The notes beneath the pieces were generated by a model, which was not told where the DNA came from, did no database searches, and saw only the letters and a program-made list of their open reading frames with translations. The position numbers were made by a program, and so were the translations under genes. From assembly GCF_004010195.1 (NCBI RefSeq), contig NC_057718.1:97405644-97469643 (forward strand): a DNA stretch of 64,000 bases, read 5' to 3'. This document shows, piece after piece, positions 23,281-36,067 of this stretch. Within the stretch, counting starts at the first letter, position 1. The number at the start of each line of letters is the position of its first letter. This stretch comes from Chiloscyllium plagiosum. Taxonomy: Eukaryota.

Positions 23281-24074
23281 TAAAAATAACCTTCTTTGAA
23301 CCCTTGATTTAAAGGTTCTATCCTACATTAGCTTGGGGCCATGATAGCATGCCTGTATCAATGGGAAGGTCGCACAGGGACTGGGTTTGGGCTTCTTGAC
23401 TGTGATTAGGATGAATTCCTGGAGACTTTACTCACGGGACTGCCACCTCCAAACACACGAACTGGCTTACCTGCCTTCTGTTCTTCCCCTCCTGTCTCTA
23501 ATATTGTTCATGAAGGTGAAACAAAATGGGACAAGAAAGAAGGGGAGAAAGAAATAAACCAAAGTCTGTTGAGCTTAGAAGAGAAGTTAATAACATTGAC
23601 GAAGCCTGGCATCTTTCCCGCAGCTATAATTAATGTGTTTGTCACTGCAATGTTCCCATATTGTGCTGCAGAATGTGGTCACTCCGGTCTGCTCTGTCTT
23701 GCTGCTGCAGTATCTTGAACAGAGATTATCATGATGTGATTCTACTGCAGGCCCGGGAACAGCAGACTGTGTCTTCACTGTCATTCCGTTGAGGCATAAG
23801 TGTCATTCTATGAAGTGACTGTCGCTGCTAAGAAACAATTGTGGAATGTGGCACTGCCAGTTCACATTGATGGATTTATTTTGCTGTGGAATCACAGAGA
23901 GTAGCTCAGTATAAAAGGAGGCCATTTGGCCTGCCAAGTCCATGCTATCTCTTTCGATAAGCAGTCCAATCCCCTCAATACTTTCCTCATAATATTGCAG
24001 TTGTTGTTTCTGCTATTCTGTTCTGAATGCTACCTTCCATTTCAGGCTTAATGCAGATCGCAGGCAGTCATCAC

Positions 24075-24284
24075 TGAAACAACTCAGCAGAGGCTAGTAT
24101 CCCATCACCCAGCCACCCTATATTTGCACAGGCATAGTCCTTGACACTGATCCAGCTCCCTCAGAGCCAGCTCTCAGAGTGAACTGTACCTCTGACACTC
24201 CTGATTGGACCAGATTAACAGCCCCGATCTGGGAACTCAGATTCTGTAGGTTTCCTCCTGGCTGACCTTGTTACAATCACTATA
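24075..24284 (-). mobile_element. Gypsy LTR (apparently solo)
   Basis: tgaaacaactc...gacactgatccagctccctcagagccagctctcagagtg...gctgaccttgttacaatcactata is homologous to the LTRs at 44278-44484 and 46770-46947. Confidence 0.85.
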
Positions 24285-24374
24285 ATTATGTGAGCAAAGA
24301 TTCCCCTCGTCACTCTCTGGCTCTTTTGCCAATCGTTTTAAACCATTTATTCAGTATGAGTGATTTTTATTTAA

Positions 24375-24495
24375 TTTGTTTAATGGAGAAATTTCTGATT
24401 CCTTTCGTAGGAGTCCTCATATTCTTGCTGCAGCTGCATACACCCCAGTCACAAGATCCAGTTCGAGATGATACACAGTAGAAATGGTAGTGTTG
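24375..24495 (+). repeat. Copy 2 of the ~120-bp local direct duplication
   Basis: Aligns to 21161-21282 with scattered substitutions. Confidence 0.9.
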
Positions 24496-24544
24496 TTGCT
24501 TTGTAGATGACATTACTAGGGAAGAGCCTCCCTAATAGATCACA

Positions 24545-25800
24545 GGCTAATGGAATGTTGGCCTTTATTACAAAGGGGTTGGAGGAAAAAGAATAAAGGA
24601 GTCTTAGTGCAACTGTACAAGGTGCTGGTGAGACAACCTCTGGAATACTGTGAGCAGTTTCGGTCCCTTATTTCAGGAAAGATTTTATTTTATTAGAGGC
24701 AGTTCAGAGAAGGTTCACTAGGATGATCTCTGGCATTGATGGATTGTCTTAGGAGCAAAGTCTAAATGGATTGGGACTCCAGTCACTGGGTTTGGAAGGT
24801 TTGAGTTACAAAGGAAGGCTGGATAGGCGAGGACATTTTTCAATGGAGAGCAGAAGAATGAGAGGTGATCTCATTGAAACATATCGGACTCTTAAGGAGC
24901 TTGACAAGGTCAATGCTGAGAAGATGTTTCACCTCAAGGGAGAGTCCAGGACCAGAGGGCACAGTCTCAGAGTAAAGGGGAACCAATTTAAGACTGAGAT
25001 GAGGAGGAATTTCTTCTCACAGATGGTTGTGAGTCTTTGGAGCATCTTGTCACCAAGAGCTGCAGAGACAGGGTCGTTGTGTATATTTCAGACTGAGATA
25101 GATAGATTATTGATCAGTCGGGAAATCAAGGGTTATATAGAAAGGGCAGGAAAGTGGACATGAGGAATGTTGGATCAGCCATGATCCTATTGAATGGTGG
25201 AACAGGCTCAAGGGCCGAATGGCCTACTCTTCCTCCTATATCTTATGATCTTTATATGGCCTACCCGGATTTTGAAGGATATTATTAAGCTAGAGGGGTT
25301 TCAGAAAAAAAAACATTTACCAGGATGTCACTGGGTATGGAAGATTTGAGTTATAAAGGAAGGCTGGATAGGCTGGGAGTTTTTTCAATGGAGCATAGGA
25401 GGTTGAGAGGTGACCTTATCGAAGTTTATAAAATCGTGAAGAGTATAGATAAAGTTAATGGGAGAGATAGAGTTGTCTTTTCCCTTGGCAGGGTGATTTC
25501 AAGACTAGGGAGCACATTCTTAAGTTGAGAGGAGAGAGGTTTAAAAAAGACAGTAGAGACAATTTTTTTACAATGAGGGTGGTTCGTGTGTGGAATGAAC
25601 TTCCTGAGGAAGTGGTGGATGTTGGGTACATTTACAATGTTTAAAAGACATTTGGATAAGTACATGAACAGGAAAGGCTTGGAGGGATGTGGGCCAGGAG
25701 CAGGCAGGTGGGACTAGTTTAGTTTGGGACTGTGGTTGACATGGACTGGTTGGACCGAAGGGTCTGTTTACATGCTGAATGTATGACTATGACTCTATGA
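24545..25800 (+). mobile_element. Two tandem CR1 3' fragments (about 24545-25255 and 25270-25800)
   Basis: ORFs 24771..25163 and 25325..25528 (RRLRGDLIE, TRGH, NFFSQ); tails tcttatgatc and tatgactatgactctatg. Confidence 0.9.
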
Positions 25801-26544
25801 GGCTAAGTCAGTGACTTACCTCTGTTTGTGTGTCTGAAGAATAAGATCCCACAAGTAAGACATGAAAAGAAATTAGGAAGGAGCTGCTGATTGTGTGCTG
25901 TTGGGTCAAAGAGTGATGAACAGATTAAAATAGTAAATCTATTTTAAGCTGTACAACCATGTGCACATACAATGGGCCAAATTACCTCCTTCTCTGCCTG
26001 TGCAGCTGTGATCTGTTGCATCTTCCATCAGGATTCTTGAAACAAACCATTGTTAGAAAATATTGGTATTTCAGGCCTGTGCGTTTCATTCTGATCATTC
26101 AAGCTGAAAATAAACAATTGTAGCAAAACAACACCAGAACAACATGGGGATAGACAATTGCCAAAAATATTTTCTGCTCAGAATATAACTTTGATCAATG
26201 TTTCTGGCTTTAATGAAAGTGCTGGCAAAACTAGATAACCGACAGATGCATTAGCCAGTGACCATAAGATGTTTGAAATTCTTCTTGTATTAGATTTAGA
26301 GTTTGTTATTTGGAGTGGTATAAATGGAACTACTTTGATGCATTGATTTACTCTGAGCATTTCTGAAACTCATCATCTTCCTTGATTGGATCTTGCGGTG
26401 AAATTTTCTCTCATGTACACAGTGCCCGCCAGTAAATTCAAGCTTATTTCCCCTGCCAGTTGTTTCCCCTCCTCTGCCAGGCATGCCAGGATTAATAATA
26501 ATTTGCAAAGCCCGCACCCACCTGGTCATCTCACAGAGGTAACA

Positions 26545-27500
26545 GCATAAGATATAGGAGCAGAATTAGACCATTCGGCCCATCGAGTCTTCTCCACCAT
26601 GGCTGATATGTTTCTCAACCCGTTTCCCTGCCTCCTTCCTGTATCCTTTCTTCTCCTATCTATCCATCTTAAATACACACGGTGGCCTCCACAGTTGAGT
26701 TCCACAGATTCACCACCCTCTGGCTGAAGAAATTTGTCCTGATCTCAGTTCGAAAGGGTTGTTCCTTCACTCTGAAGCTGTATCACCTGGTCCTAGTCTC
26801 TCCTTCCTCGTGGGAACATCGTCTCCAAATCCACTCTGTCCAGGCCTCTCGGTCTTCTGTAAGTTTCAATCAGATCCCTCCTCATCCTTCTGACTCCATG
26901 ACGTACAGACCCAGAATCCTCAACTATTCTTCATAGACAAGCTCTTCATTCCCAGGATCATTCTTGTGAACCTCCTCTGGACCCCCTCCAAAGCCAGCAC
27001 ATCCTTCCTTAGATACAGGACCCAGAACTCCTCACAACATTCAAAATGTGGTCTGACCGGATCCTTATACAGCCTTAGCAGTACATCACTGCTCTTGTAT
27101 TCTAACCCTCTTGAAATGAATGCCAACACCACATTTGCCTTCCTAACTGCTAGCTAAACCTGCATACTAACATTAAGAAGATCCTGACCAGGACTGCCTT
27201 TGTGCTTTAGATTTCTGAAACGTTTCCCCATTTAGAAAACAGTCTATGCCTCCATTCTACTGACCAGGGTGCATAACCTCACACTTCCCCACATTGTATT
27301 CCATCTGCCAGTTATTTGCCCACTCTCCTAGCCTGTCCAAGTCTTTCTGCAGTCTCTTCACTTCCTCAACACTACCTGACCATCCACCTATCCTTGTCAT
27401 GTGCAAACTTAGCAATAATGCCCTCAGTTCCTTTGTCCAAATCATTAAGTCTATAACGTCCATAGCTGTGATCCCAACACTGACCCCCGCAGAACTCCAG
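26545..27500 (-). mobile_element. CR1 3' fragment
   Basis: ORFs 26920..27132(-) LYKDPVRPHFEC...VQRRFTRM and the end of 27257..27733(-) LQKDLDRLGEWANNWQMEYNVGKCEVMH. Confidence 0.9.
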
Positions 27501-28479
27501 TAGTCAGCTGAGACTGCTGTCCAGTCAGAGAGCTGGCAACTTAGCAGCGCCAACACTGGCACGTGGTGACAGGGCGGGGTGTGGGCGCACTCCATTTTGG
27601 GCGCTCCTTGACCCAGTCGTGGGACCATCCAGCAGCCCCAGCCATACCTTTCGCTCAGCCCGTGAGGCACTGTCTCACTGCAGCTGCGAGCCTCAGCTGT
27701 GACCCGCTGCCAGTGGAGGCGCTGCTGAGTCACCAGCTCTCTGATTGGACAGCAATCTCAGCTGCAGGTGTTTAATTGGCCATTGCCGGGGTTGTTAACC
27801 AACCGCTGGCTGAGGTGGAATCAGCTCCTGCTCTCCCCTCCCTGGCAACAGGACCTCAGCCACCATGGATAAAATTCAACCCATGCTCCCTAAACTGAGT
27901 TACTGATGCATGAACTTCCCATGCTGTGGCCTCAAACTGACCAGGAACTAGGTTGTGACTCATATTGTGATAAGGACATCTGAGATAGAGAAAGATGATA
28001 CACCAGATTCCACTCGTGAATTGGACTTAATGCAAAAGTTTTGTTGAAATCAATCACAAATCCCTAACGTCACTTCCATTTTCTCTTTTTCAAACCACAC
28101 ACACAGCTTTGATTAACAGCACAGATTGGAGAAAATAGTTAACACACACACGCAATCAAAACTTCGATCAATTGAGCAATACAACCATCGAAATTCATTC
28201 TATTTCAAACTCTTGCAGCCTGCACAAAACAGGTTTTTGATCCCGTTAGAGTTGATTTTCGTTCCCACTTATAAATGAGGTGGTTGTTGGGGGAGGTTTG
28301 CTAATGCTGTTGGGGTGGATTTAAACTAGCTTGTAGGGGTTGGGATCCAGGCATTTCAGAGGGGAGAGAAACTGAGATAGGCCTGAAAGTCATGAGATGA
28401 AGAAGGGATTCTGGAAGACGGACAAAATACAGGTTAAATAAGAAAGAAGTCTCTTGAGCAAGGCTACATTGAGTATATT

Positions 28480-28810
28480 TTTTAAATTCATTCACGGGAG
28501 GATGGTTACACTGGCTATACTAGCATTTATTACCCATCCCTATTTTGCTCGAGGACAGTTAAGAGTCAACCACATTATTGCAGGCCTGGAGTCACATGTA
28601 GTCCAGACCAGGTAAAGATGACGGTTCCCTTCCCTGAAGGACTTTACTGAACCAAATGGGGTTTTTCCGACAATCAATAATGGATTTGTGCTCATCATTA
28701 GAGTCTTAATTCCAGATTCCGCCATCTGCAGTGACGAAATTCGAACCCAGATCCCCGGAACGTTATTTGGGCCTCTGGAGTTACAGTCCAGTGATAATAC
28801 CATGAGACAA
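28480..28810 (-). mobile_element. tRNA-derived SINE (tail-sharing family)
   Basis: Reverse complement of the 22940-23280 family. Confidence 0.75.
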
Positions 28811-28859
28811 TCACTTCCCCTTTATTTGAAGCAAGAAGCTTTCAGAAGAAGATAGGTTT

Positions 28860-30800
28860 GTCACGAGCTCAAATAGAATTGGCAACTCAATATTCCTAGT
28901 TGCAGGGTATTCAGAAGAGATAGAGAGAACGATTGAGTCATCAATTGAGGATATCTTGGAAGGGTGTGTACTATAGGCTCCCAAACAGTCACAGAGAGTC
29001 AAAAGGTCAAATATGTCATCAAATTTCGGAGAAGTGTAAGAATATTAAGGAAGCAGTAGTAGAGGACTTTGCCCAAATATTAACTGGGATTGTTTTAGTG
29101 TATAGGGTAAAGAGAAAACAAAATCTTTAACTTTCATCCAGGAGAAAACTTTTGAGAAAGTCCAACAAGGAAGGGGGTCAGATGCAGACCTAACATTTGA
29201 CAGTGAGTCCTGGGCAGGTCAAAGGCATTTTAGTAGGAAAGCATTTTGGGAATAGTGACCATAACTTAGTTAGATTTAGAATAGCTATAGAAAATGATGG
29301 GTTGGGAGTAAGAGTCCTGTCTTGAGGAAAGGCAGGTTTTTATGAAGAAAAGGTACAATTTGGCCCAATGGACTGTCTCTTGTATGCAGTCACTTGCAGA
29401 TAAAATGGTGTCAGAGTGACAGGAAGCATTCAAGGAGGAACTAGCAAAGGTACACAGCAGATATATTCCAGTGAAGGCAAAGGATGGGACCAATACCAGA
29501 CAATCCTGGATGTTAAAGGTCACAGAGGTTAGGATTAGGTGAAAAAGAAGCTTATGTCAGATACTGAGGTGTCCACATGGCCAGGCCCTGGGAGGAAGTT
29601 ACAAAGAAATCAGAAAAGCAAAGAGAACGCATGAGAACGCATTGGTGGCTAAAATCAAGGAAAAGCCAAAAGGTGTGGTGCTGGAAAAGCACAGCAGGTC
29701 AGGCAGCATCCTAGGAGCAAAAGAATCAACATTTCGGGCATAAGCCCTTCATCAGGAATGTGGGGGCATTGGGGGCTGGGAGATAAATGGGAGTTGGGGT
29801 CGGGCTGGGGGTAATGTAGGTGGGATGGTGATAGGTAGATGCAGTGGGGCATGATTGTCATTGGTCGGGTGGGAGGATGGAGCGGATAGGTGGGATGGAA
29901 GATGGACAGTTCAAGAGGGCGATATCCGGTTGGAGGGTTGGATCTGGGATGAGGTGGGGGGAGGGGAAATGAGGAAACAGGTGAAGTCAACATTGAGGCC
30001 GTGTGGTTGGAGGGTCCCAAGGATTTTATTTAATATATAAAGAACAAGAGAATAATGAGGGAATGAATAGATCCCATTAAGGACCATGAAGATAATCAGT
30101 GTGTGTTCCAGGAAAATATGGGCATATCTTCAGTTCACATTTTTTTTTATAATGGAATAGGATGACACAGGTATGAATATCAGAGTGGAACTCTCTAAAA
30201 TATTAGAAGAAATTAACAGGGAGAGAGGAGATCCTAGGGGGTACAAGTGTTAGGAACTTGGAAAGGACTCAAGATCGGAGAGATCCTGGTTGAATAGCTA
30301 TAGATCCCTGGAGGTAATGGGGCAGGTAGATAAGGCAGGTCAGAAGGCATACAGGATATTTGCCTTTATTAGCTGAAGCATAGAATACAAGAGCAACAGA
30401 GAGGGTGCAGAGGAGATTCACCATGATGTTGAGTGGGCTGGAGGGCTATGAGGATAGATTGGAGAACCTGACGTTGTTTTCCTTAGCCTAGTGAAGGTAG
30501 AGACGCAACCCGACAGAGGTGTGTAGGATTATAAAAGGCATTGATAGGGCGGATAGGAAGGCGTTTTTTCTGTTATTAGAGGGGTCACTAACTGGGGGCA
30601 TAGATTTAAGGGAAGGGGTATAAAGTTAAGAGGAGAGTCAAGGAGAAATGTATTCACCCAGACGCTGGTGGGAGTTGGAACTTACTGCCTGAAAGGGCAA
30701 TTGAGTCAGGAACTCACAGAACATGAAATCATTATTTACATGTTCACTTTCATTGCCATATCGGCAGGGACTTTGGTCTGAACGCTAGACATTGGGATCA
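28860..30800 (+). mobile_element. Old, heavily deleted CR1 LINE (endonuclease to 3' end)
   Basis: gtgtactataggctcccaaacag (YRPP-like), gggaatagtgaccataac (GNSDHN), gagggtgcagaggagattcaccatgatg (QRRFTMM), ggggcatagatttaag. Confidence 0.7.
29672..30022 (-). mobile_element. Penelope-like 3' fragment inserted in the old CR1
   Basis: Minus strand encodes LGTLQPHGLNVDF (GIY-YIG C-terminus), followed by the terminal repeat with cctgatgaagggcttatgcccgaaatgtt. Confidence 0.85.
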
Positions 30801-30804
30801 GAAA

Positions 30805-31010
30805 TGTGCAAAATCAAGAAGTGGTGGAGAAACTCAGCAGATCTAGAGAGAGCAACAGAGTTAACATTTCAAATCCTGCTGATAGTTGCTCCCAGTTCTA
30901 ACGAAGGGTTAACTCTTTTCCCTCTCCGCAGATGCTACCATACCTGGCGAGTTTTGCCAGGACTTGCCATTTCTGTTTCAGATTTCCAGCATCCACAGCA
31001 CTTCGTGTTA
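30805..31010. mobile_element. Degenerate fold-back Penelope-like terminus
   Basis: gaaactcagcag...agagttaac ... gttaactct...cagatgctacc...tttcagatttccagcatccacag. Confidence 0.55.
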
Positions 31011-31393
31011 TTTTCATTGTCATCGGATCTTTGCTGAGTAGGGCAGACATGATGGGCCGAGTGGTCTCCTCCTGTGTTGAGCACTAATGATATCACAGGG
31101 CCAGTAACCCGGAGGGCCACAATAACCCTTTGTTAACAGGGCTTCAAATCCCACCACGGCAATTCCTGGAATTTGAGTTCAATTCTCGAATGCGATCCTG
31201 GTTTCAGGAAGGGCAAACATTAACTTCTCGTTGACTGCTGTAAATGCGATCTAGTTCATGACTGTCATTTTCAGGGAATGAGATCTGCCAACCTGACCTG
31301 GTCTGGCCTGTGTGTTGATGGCTCTTTATTACTCTCTGAAATAGCCCAGCAAGCCATTCAATTTAAGGATAATTCGGAATGGACAGCTCAGGC

Positions 31394-31795
31394 TGAAGTA
31401 ACTCTGCAGGGGCTGGTATCCCGTCATCAAGTCTCCCTTTATTCACACGTGGAGAGTCCTTAACACTGATCCAGCTCCCTCGGAGACAGCTCTCAGAGTG
31501 AACAGAACCCCTGACATTCCTGTTTCTATCTGTCAGCCTGGGCCCCCTGATTAAACCAGGTTAACAGCCCCAATCAGGGAACTCAGATTCTATGGGATCC
31601 ACCTGGTTGACCTCATTACAATCTCTACAGTCCTCCCCCTTTAAGTCTGGGGAAGTAGGCCGGTTCTTTCACTTGTAACCTCTCCTTGGGCATTTTCACA
31701 GCAGGTCCGGTTCCCCAAATTCTAGCTTGCATACAGGCAGCGTATCCCGGAACGTAGCTGCCTCATGTGCCCGGAGCAGCTCGGAAGAAAATTGA
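31394..31795 (-). mobile_element. Gypsy 3' LTR (31394-31629) with adjacent polypurine tract and internal fragment
   Basis: LTR tg...ca homologous to the other copies; 31630-31795 resembles 44485-44655. Confidence 0.85.
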
Positions 31796-32116
31796 AGAAA
31801 ATGGTTGGCTGCTGAAGTCTCTGAAAATGAGCTTACTTTAGGTTATATTATGAAACTGACCACATTTCCCTCACTCTCACTGTTAGGCACTGGAAGATAA
31901 TTGTTTTTGAACAGAATCCAAGTCTGCACCTTTAGTGAGAGCTTCATTTCGGTTAACCACGCTGCAGAAAACTTGCACCCCACTGATTCCTAGCTCCCTA
32001 TACTTATACAGCCAATTCACATCCAATTAACCCTTAAATCACCTATCCATTACCAGTATCCACATCCCATTAGGACTGAAAGATCCCTTCACACCTCATT
32101 CGGGCTGAATTGGATA

Positions 32117-32337
32117 CAGTCAGTTCTTCTATAAAACAATCATTGCCTTCTTGTGCAACCCCACGTTGTAGAAAAATCATGCTTTAGAAACAGTGCTTAA
32201 AGTGTTGGTGATGTAATCGGCTGACAGCCAGCACACGTTTTGAAAGTTCGCGCTTTGGAATCAGTGTCTCCCAGTTTCGTCGATTGCGTTACAGTAAATT
32301 CATGTTAACGAAACACGTGTTATATCAGAAGAATCTG
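32117..32337. mobile_element. Tc1/mariner (Tigger-like) MITE
   Basis: TA|CAGTCAGTTCTTCTATAA ... TTATATCAGAAGAATCTG|TA: TA flanks and imperfect terminal inverted repeats. Confidence 0.6.
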
Positions 32338-32514
32338 TATTTTATAAAACAATATTTAAGTCTGGGCTGGGTGGGAGTGGGTTAATTTATCTAAAATTCA
32401 GTTCCAGGCCCAAACCTGCCTCAGACCCACCTAGTTCTAGCTTCTACCTACTCCTGTCAAATGCAACTCTATAAAACAGAATACCAATAATGATTTAGCC
32501 TGTGCTGTAAATAA

Positions 32515-33031
32515 GGTAAAAAACCAAACCGCTCAGTGGCTCAACATTTCAACTCCCCCTCCCACTCTGCCGAGGATATGGAGGTGCTGGGCCTCCTCCA
32601 CCGCCGCTCCCTCACCACCAGACGCCTGGAGGAAGAACGCCTCATCTTCCGCCTCGGAACACTTCAACCCCAGGGCATCAATGTGGACTTCAACAGTTTA
32701 CTCATTTCCCCTTCCCCCACCTCATCCTAGCTTCTAACCTCCAGCAACTCGATCCCCTGACCTGTCCGGACTTGTCCGACCTGCCCAGCTCCTTTTCCAC
32801 CTATCCACTCCACCCTCTCCTCCCTGACCTATCACCTTCATCTCCTTCCCCACTGACCTATTGTACTCTATGCCACTCTCTCCCCACCCCCACCCTCCTC
32901 TAGCTTATCTCTCCACGCTTCAGGCTCTCTGCCTTTATTCCTGATGAAGGGCTTTTGCCCGAAACGTCGATTTTGCCTGTCCTCGGATGCTGCCTGAATT
33001 GCTGTGCTCTTCCAACACCACTGATCCAGAA
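32515..33031 (+). mobile_element. 5'-truncated Penelope-like element, 14-bp TSD
   Basis: tgtgctgtaaataa at 32501-32514 and 33032-33045. ORF 32536..32730 AQHFNSPSH...RRLEEERLIFRLGTLQPQGINVDF is a GIY-YIG C-terminus. Confidence 0.92.
32937..32972 (+). ncRNA. Minimal type I hammerhead ribozyme motif
   Basis: attc-CUGAUGA-A-GGGC-uuuu-GCCC-GAAA-C-GUC-gatt; predicted cleavage after 32968. Confidence 0.65.
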
Positions 33032-33169
33032 TGTGCTGTAAATAAATCTATTAAGAATCCTGTTGTAAGTCAGATGTTACCAACCTCAACAAAGCAATTC
33101 ATTTCATTCCAGGTGAATCTTTACTTCTTGAGTGTACTGATTGCATTTGATGTACTGTTACTTTTGCAG

Positions 33170-33380
33170 AAGGGGATTGGTTAGCTCAGTTGGCTGGATT
33201 TCTGGGTTGCAGTGTGGAGTCAATAGAATGGGTTCAATTCTGGCGCTGGCTGAGGTGACCATGAAGGAATTTCCTTCTTAACCTCTCCCTTTGTCTCAAG
33301 TGTGGTAACCCCCAGGTTAAACTGCCGCCTCCCCTGTAAGGGAAGAGGAGCCTGGAGGATGATGGTGAATTTACCTTGAT
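33170..33380 (+). mobile_element. tRNA-derived SINE
   Basis: A-box-like tagctcagttgg and B-box-like gggttcaattct; same family reversed at 7160-7370 and 8040-8200. Confidence 0.65.
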
Positions 33381-33594
33381 TTTTGCAAACAGTGGGGTCA
33401 CCAAGATTTACATAGCACGTAAATAAAAGCATGATGTCAGTGCAAATTGTCTATAACGTAAGCCCACATCAATTTTCGCTCATCCCCGTTTTAATAGATA
33501 CAGACATTCTGGGAAAGGTTGATACGTGAACCAACAATGAGTTTGTGTACACTCAACAGAGACTGCTCCAAAGCACTGCTGGCTGTCTTACATG

Positions 33595-33940
33595 AGACTA
33601 CGAATAGGCCATTCAGCCCCTTGAACCATTCAGAGCGATGGCATCTGATTTATGGCCAAACTCCAAATCCCTTAATACTTTTGCTTAACCATACAATTAT
33701 CTATCTCTAATTCTGCGTCAACTACCATTTGTGGAAGAGAGTTTTAAACCTCCGCCACCTCTTGTATGTCAAAGTGCTTCCTTACATCTCTCCTGATTGG
33801 TTTAGCTCTAATTTTCAGACAGTGCTGCCTAGTTCTGGAATCTCCAACCAGTGGAAATAGTTTATTTTTATCTACCCTGTCTTTTCCTGTTGAGATTGTG
33901 AAGACTTTGATCAGATCACCCCTTAACCTTCTAAATTCTT
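33595..33940 (-). mobile_element. CR1 3' fragment
   Basis: ORF 33744..33953(-) EFRRLRGDLIKVF...LFPLVGDSRTR. Confidence 0.85.
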
Positions 33941-34519
33941 CAGCAGTTTCCATTGCTGTCTGATTCAGACTGATTTAGCCAGCTTACGCCCAATCCTCAG
34001 ACACATATAATTAAAAGGGATGGTTTCACAGGGCCAGGTTCTTTCAAAGCAAAATAGGAGTTGACAAGAATTGTGATGAGCCTTAGATTTCTCTGTGTCT
34101 GCTGTCTGAAATTAAAGGAGAGATCTGACTTGTGTTGATTTATTAGCACAGCGCTGTCCTCTTCAAAGCAATGAAAAAGAAGGCGAAAGCCAAACAATCC
34201 TTTATGTGTCAGTGCCCTGCACTGAGCGAAGGAAAAAGCTTTTGCCTTTTATCTGCATCTTTAAACTCCACCAGTTCAATTTGTGAGATTTTTCTGGTGT
34301 TGACTCTGGGATTTTTTTGGCTGGTAAGCCGTGGATGCTTTAAGTTATTAGATTTCAATGGAAATGGAAACAACTAGTGAATACAAAGCCATGAGGATAA
34401 AAGTGAAATGGAAAGAACAGATAAAAGTTAAAACTCAATTCATGACCGCTTTACTGTATGAAGATAGCAATGTGGTGCCCGTGGACTTGTGAACCATTTA
34501 GATTTTTTATTGACACAGA

Positions 34520-34915
34520 AAGGTTTTGATTTATTATTGTCACGTGTACTGAGAAACAGTTAAAAGTATTACTGCGTGTGCTATCTCAGCAAATCATCCC
34601 TTATATAAGTCCATCAGGATAAGTGAACGGAGTGCAGAATATAATGTTACAGCTACATAGAAGGTGAGGAGAAAGATCAACTCTAATACATGAGAGATCC
34701 ATTCATAAGTCTGATAACAGCGGGGAAGAAGCTGTTCTTGAATCTGTTGGTATGTGTTTTCAAACTTTTGGATCTTTTGCCCGATGGGAGAGGGTGGAAG
34801 AGAGCATTACTGGGGTCGGAGGGGTGTTGGATTATGTTGATTGCTTTCCGGAAGGAGAGAGAAGTGAAGATGGAGTCGGTGGATGAAAGACTGGTTTTCG
34901 TGATGGACTGGCACC
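34520..34915 (-). mobile_element. Rex1/Babar-type LINE 3' fragment
   Basis: Minus strand encodes TNRFKNSFFPAVIRLMN, typical of the Rex1-type ORF C-terminus, and ends in an aataataaatc-type tail. Confidence 0.7.
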
Positions 34916-35854
34916 TTTAATTAAAGAATTACAGAGGAGGAGTTGGTTTGATTTGATCAGGGTTGATCAGTAATCTGTTGTGGTAGAACACAGAACTGTA
35001 CAGCACAGGAATGGGCTCTGCACCTCACATTGAAGTTCTCTGCGCAAAATTCAGTTTCCATTGCAGGTAGAGAAGGTAGTATTTCACGGGGGATCTCTTC
35101 CAAGCCAGCTTGTACATGAGCCGATTGTGTCGAACAGTTCTCAGAACGAAGGGACAGTTATAGAGACATACATTTGGAAACAGACCATTTGGTCCAACCG
35201 ATCCATGGCTACCTCATGATTGTTCCCTTGTTCAAGAGGGTCCACAGATAAGGTGCACACAGAATGAAATGGGGTGCAGCACTTCCATTTCAAACCAAGA
35301 CCACTTCACCCTTGAGTAAGTGCTCCGTTCGAAGGCACTAAAGGACGAGCACTGGCCTTGCCAGTGATCCTGACCTGAAAGAATTTAGCATTAATGTCAA
35401 GGACCAGTTCCTGCTCCCGACACCACGGGGACCTGGATGTGAGTCTGACAAAGAATGATCGAATAGAGCCTTCCTCGCTCTCCTGACTGAAAGAGTCCTT
35501 TGTAAACATATTTGAAGTTTGTGAAATCTCAGCTCCATTGCCAGGAGACCAAAGTGTACAGTTCAAAGCTGCACAGAGTTGCAACATAAATTGGTACCAA
35601 GCTGGCAATTTTGTTGAGAAAGATTGAATAGGTGAGCACTATACAGTTTGACTATAATTACAGAGGTAGTAGGAGGTATTCTTTCTCTGTGGGGACACAG
35701 ATGTGTTGTTAAGAATGACAGAAATGGCCTTAGTGTGTGTTTGATACAGGAATGACTATGCTTATATCAGAAGCAGCGAGTGCCCTCTCCCTCAGCATTG
35801 ACATCTCTAACATTGGTAGGCTGAAAAAGGATGAGTTTTTTTTTAAGGCATAAG

Positions 35855-36062
35855 GGTGGCACGGTGGCTCAGTGATTAGCACTGCTGCCTCACAGCGCCA
35901 GGAACCTGGGTTCGATTCCAGCCTCTGGGTGGAGTTTGCACATTCTCCCTGTGTCTGTGTGGGTTCACAATCCAAAGATGTGCAGGTTAGGTGGATTGGC
36001 CTTGCTAAATTGCCCCTAGTGTTCAAGGATGTGTGGTTAAGGCGTATTAGTCGGGGGGTAAA
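35855..36062 (+). mobile_element. HE1-type V-SINE (truncated)
   Basis: ggcacggtggctcagtgattagcactgctgcctcacagcgccagg...gtggagtttgcacattctcccc. Confidence 0.85.
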
Positions 36063-36067
36063 TAATT

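Noticed and set aside
26481..26538. 58-nt AG/GT-bounded segment
   Set aside because: Frame-shifting length, stop in phase 0, no homology.
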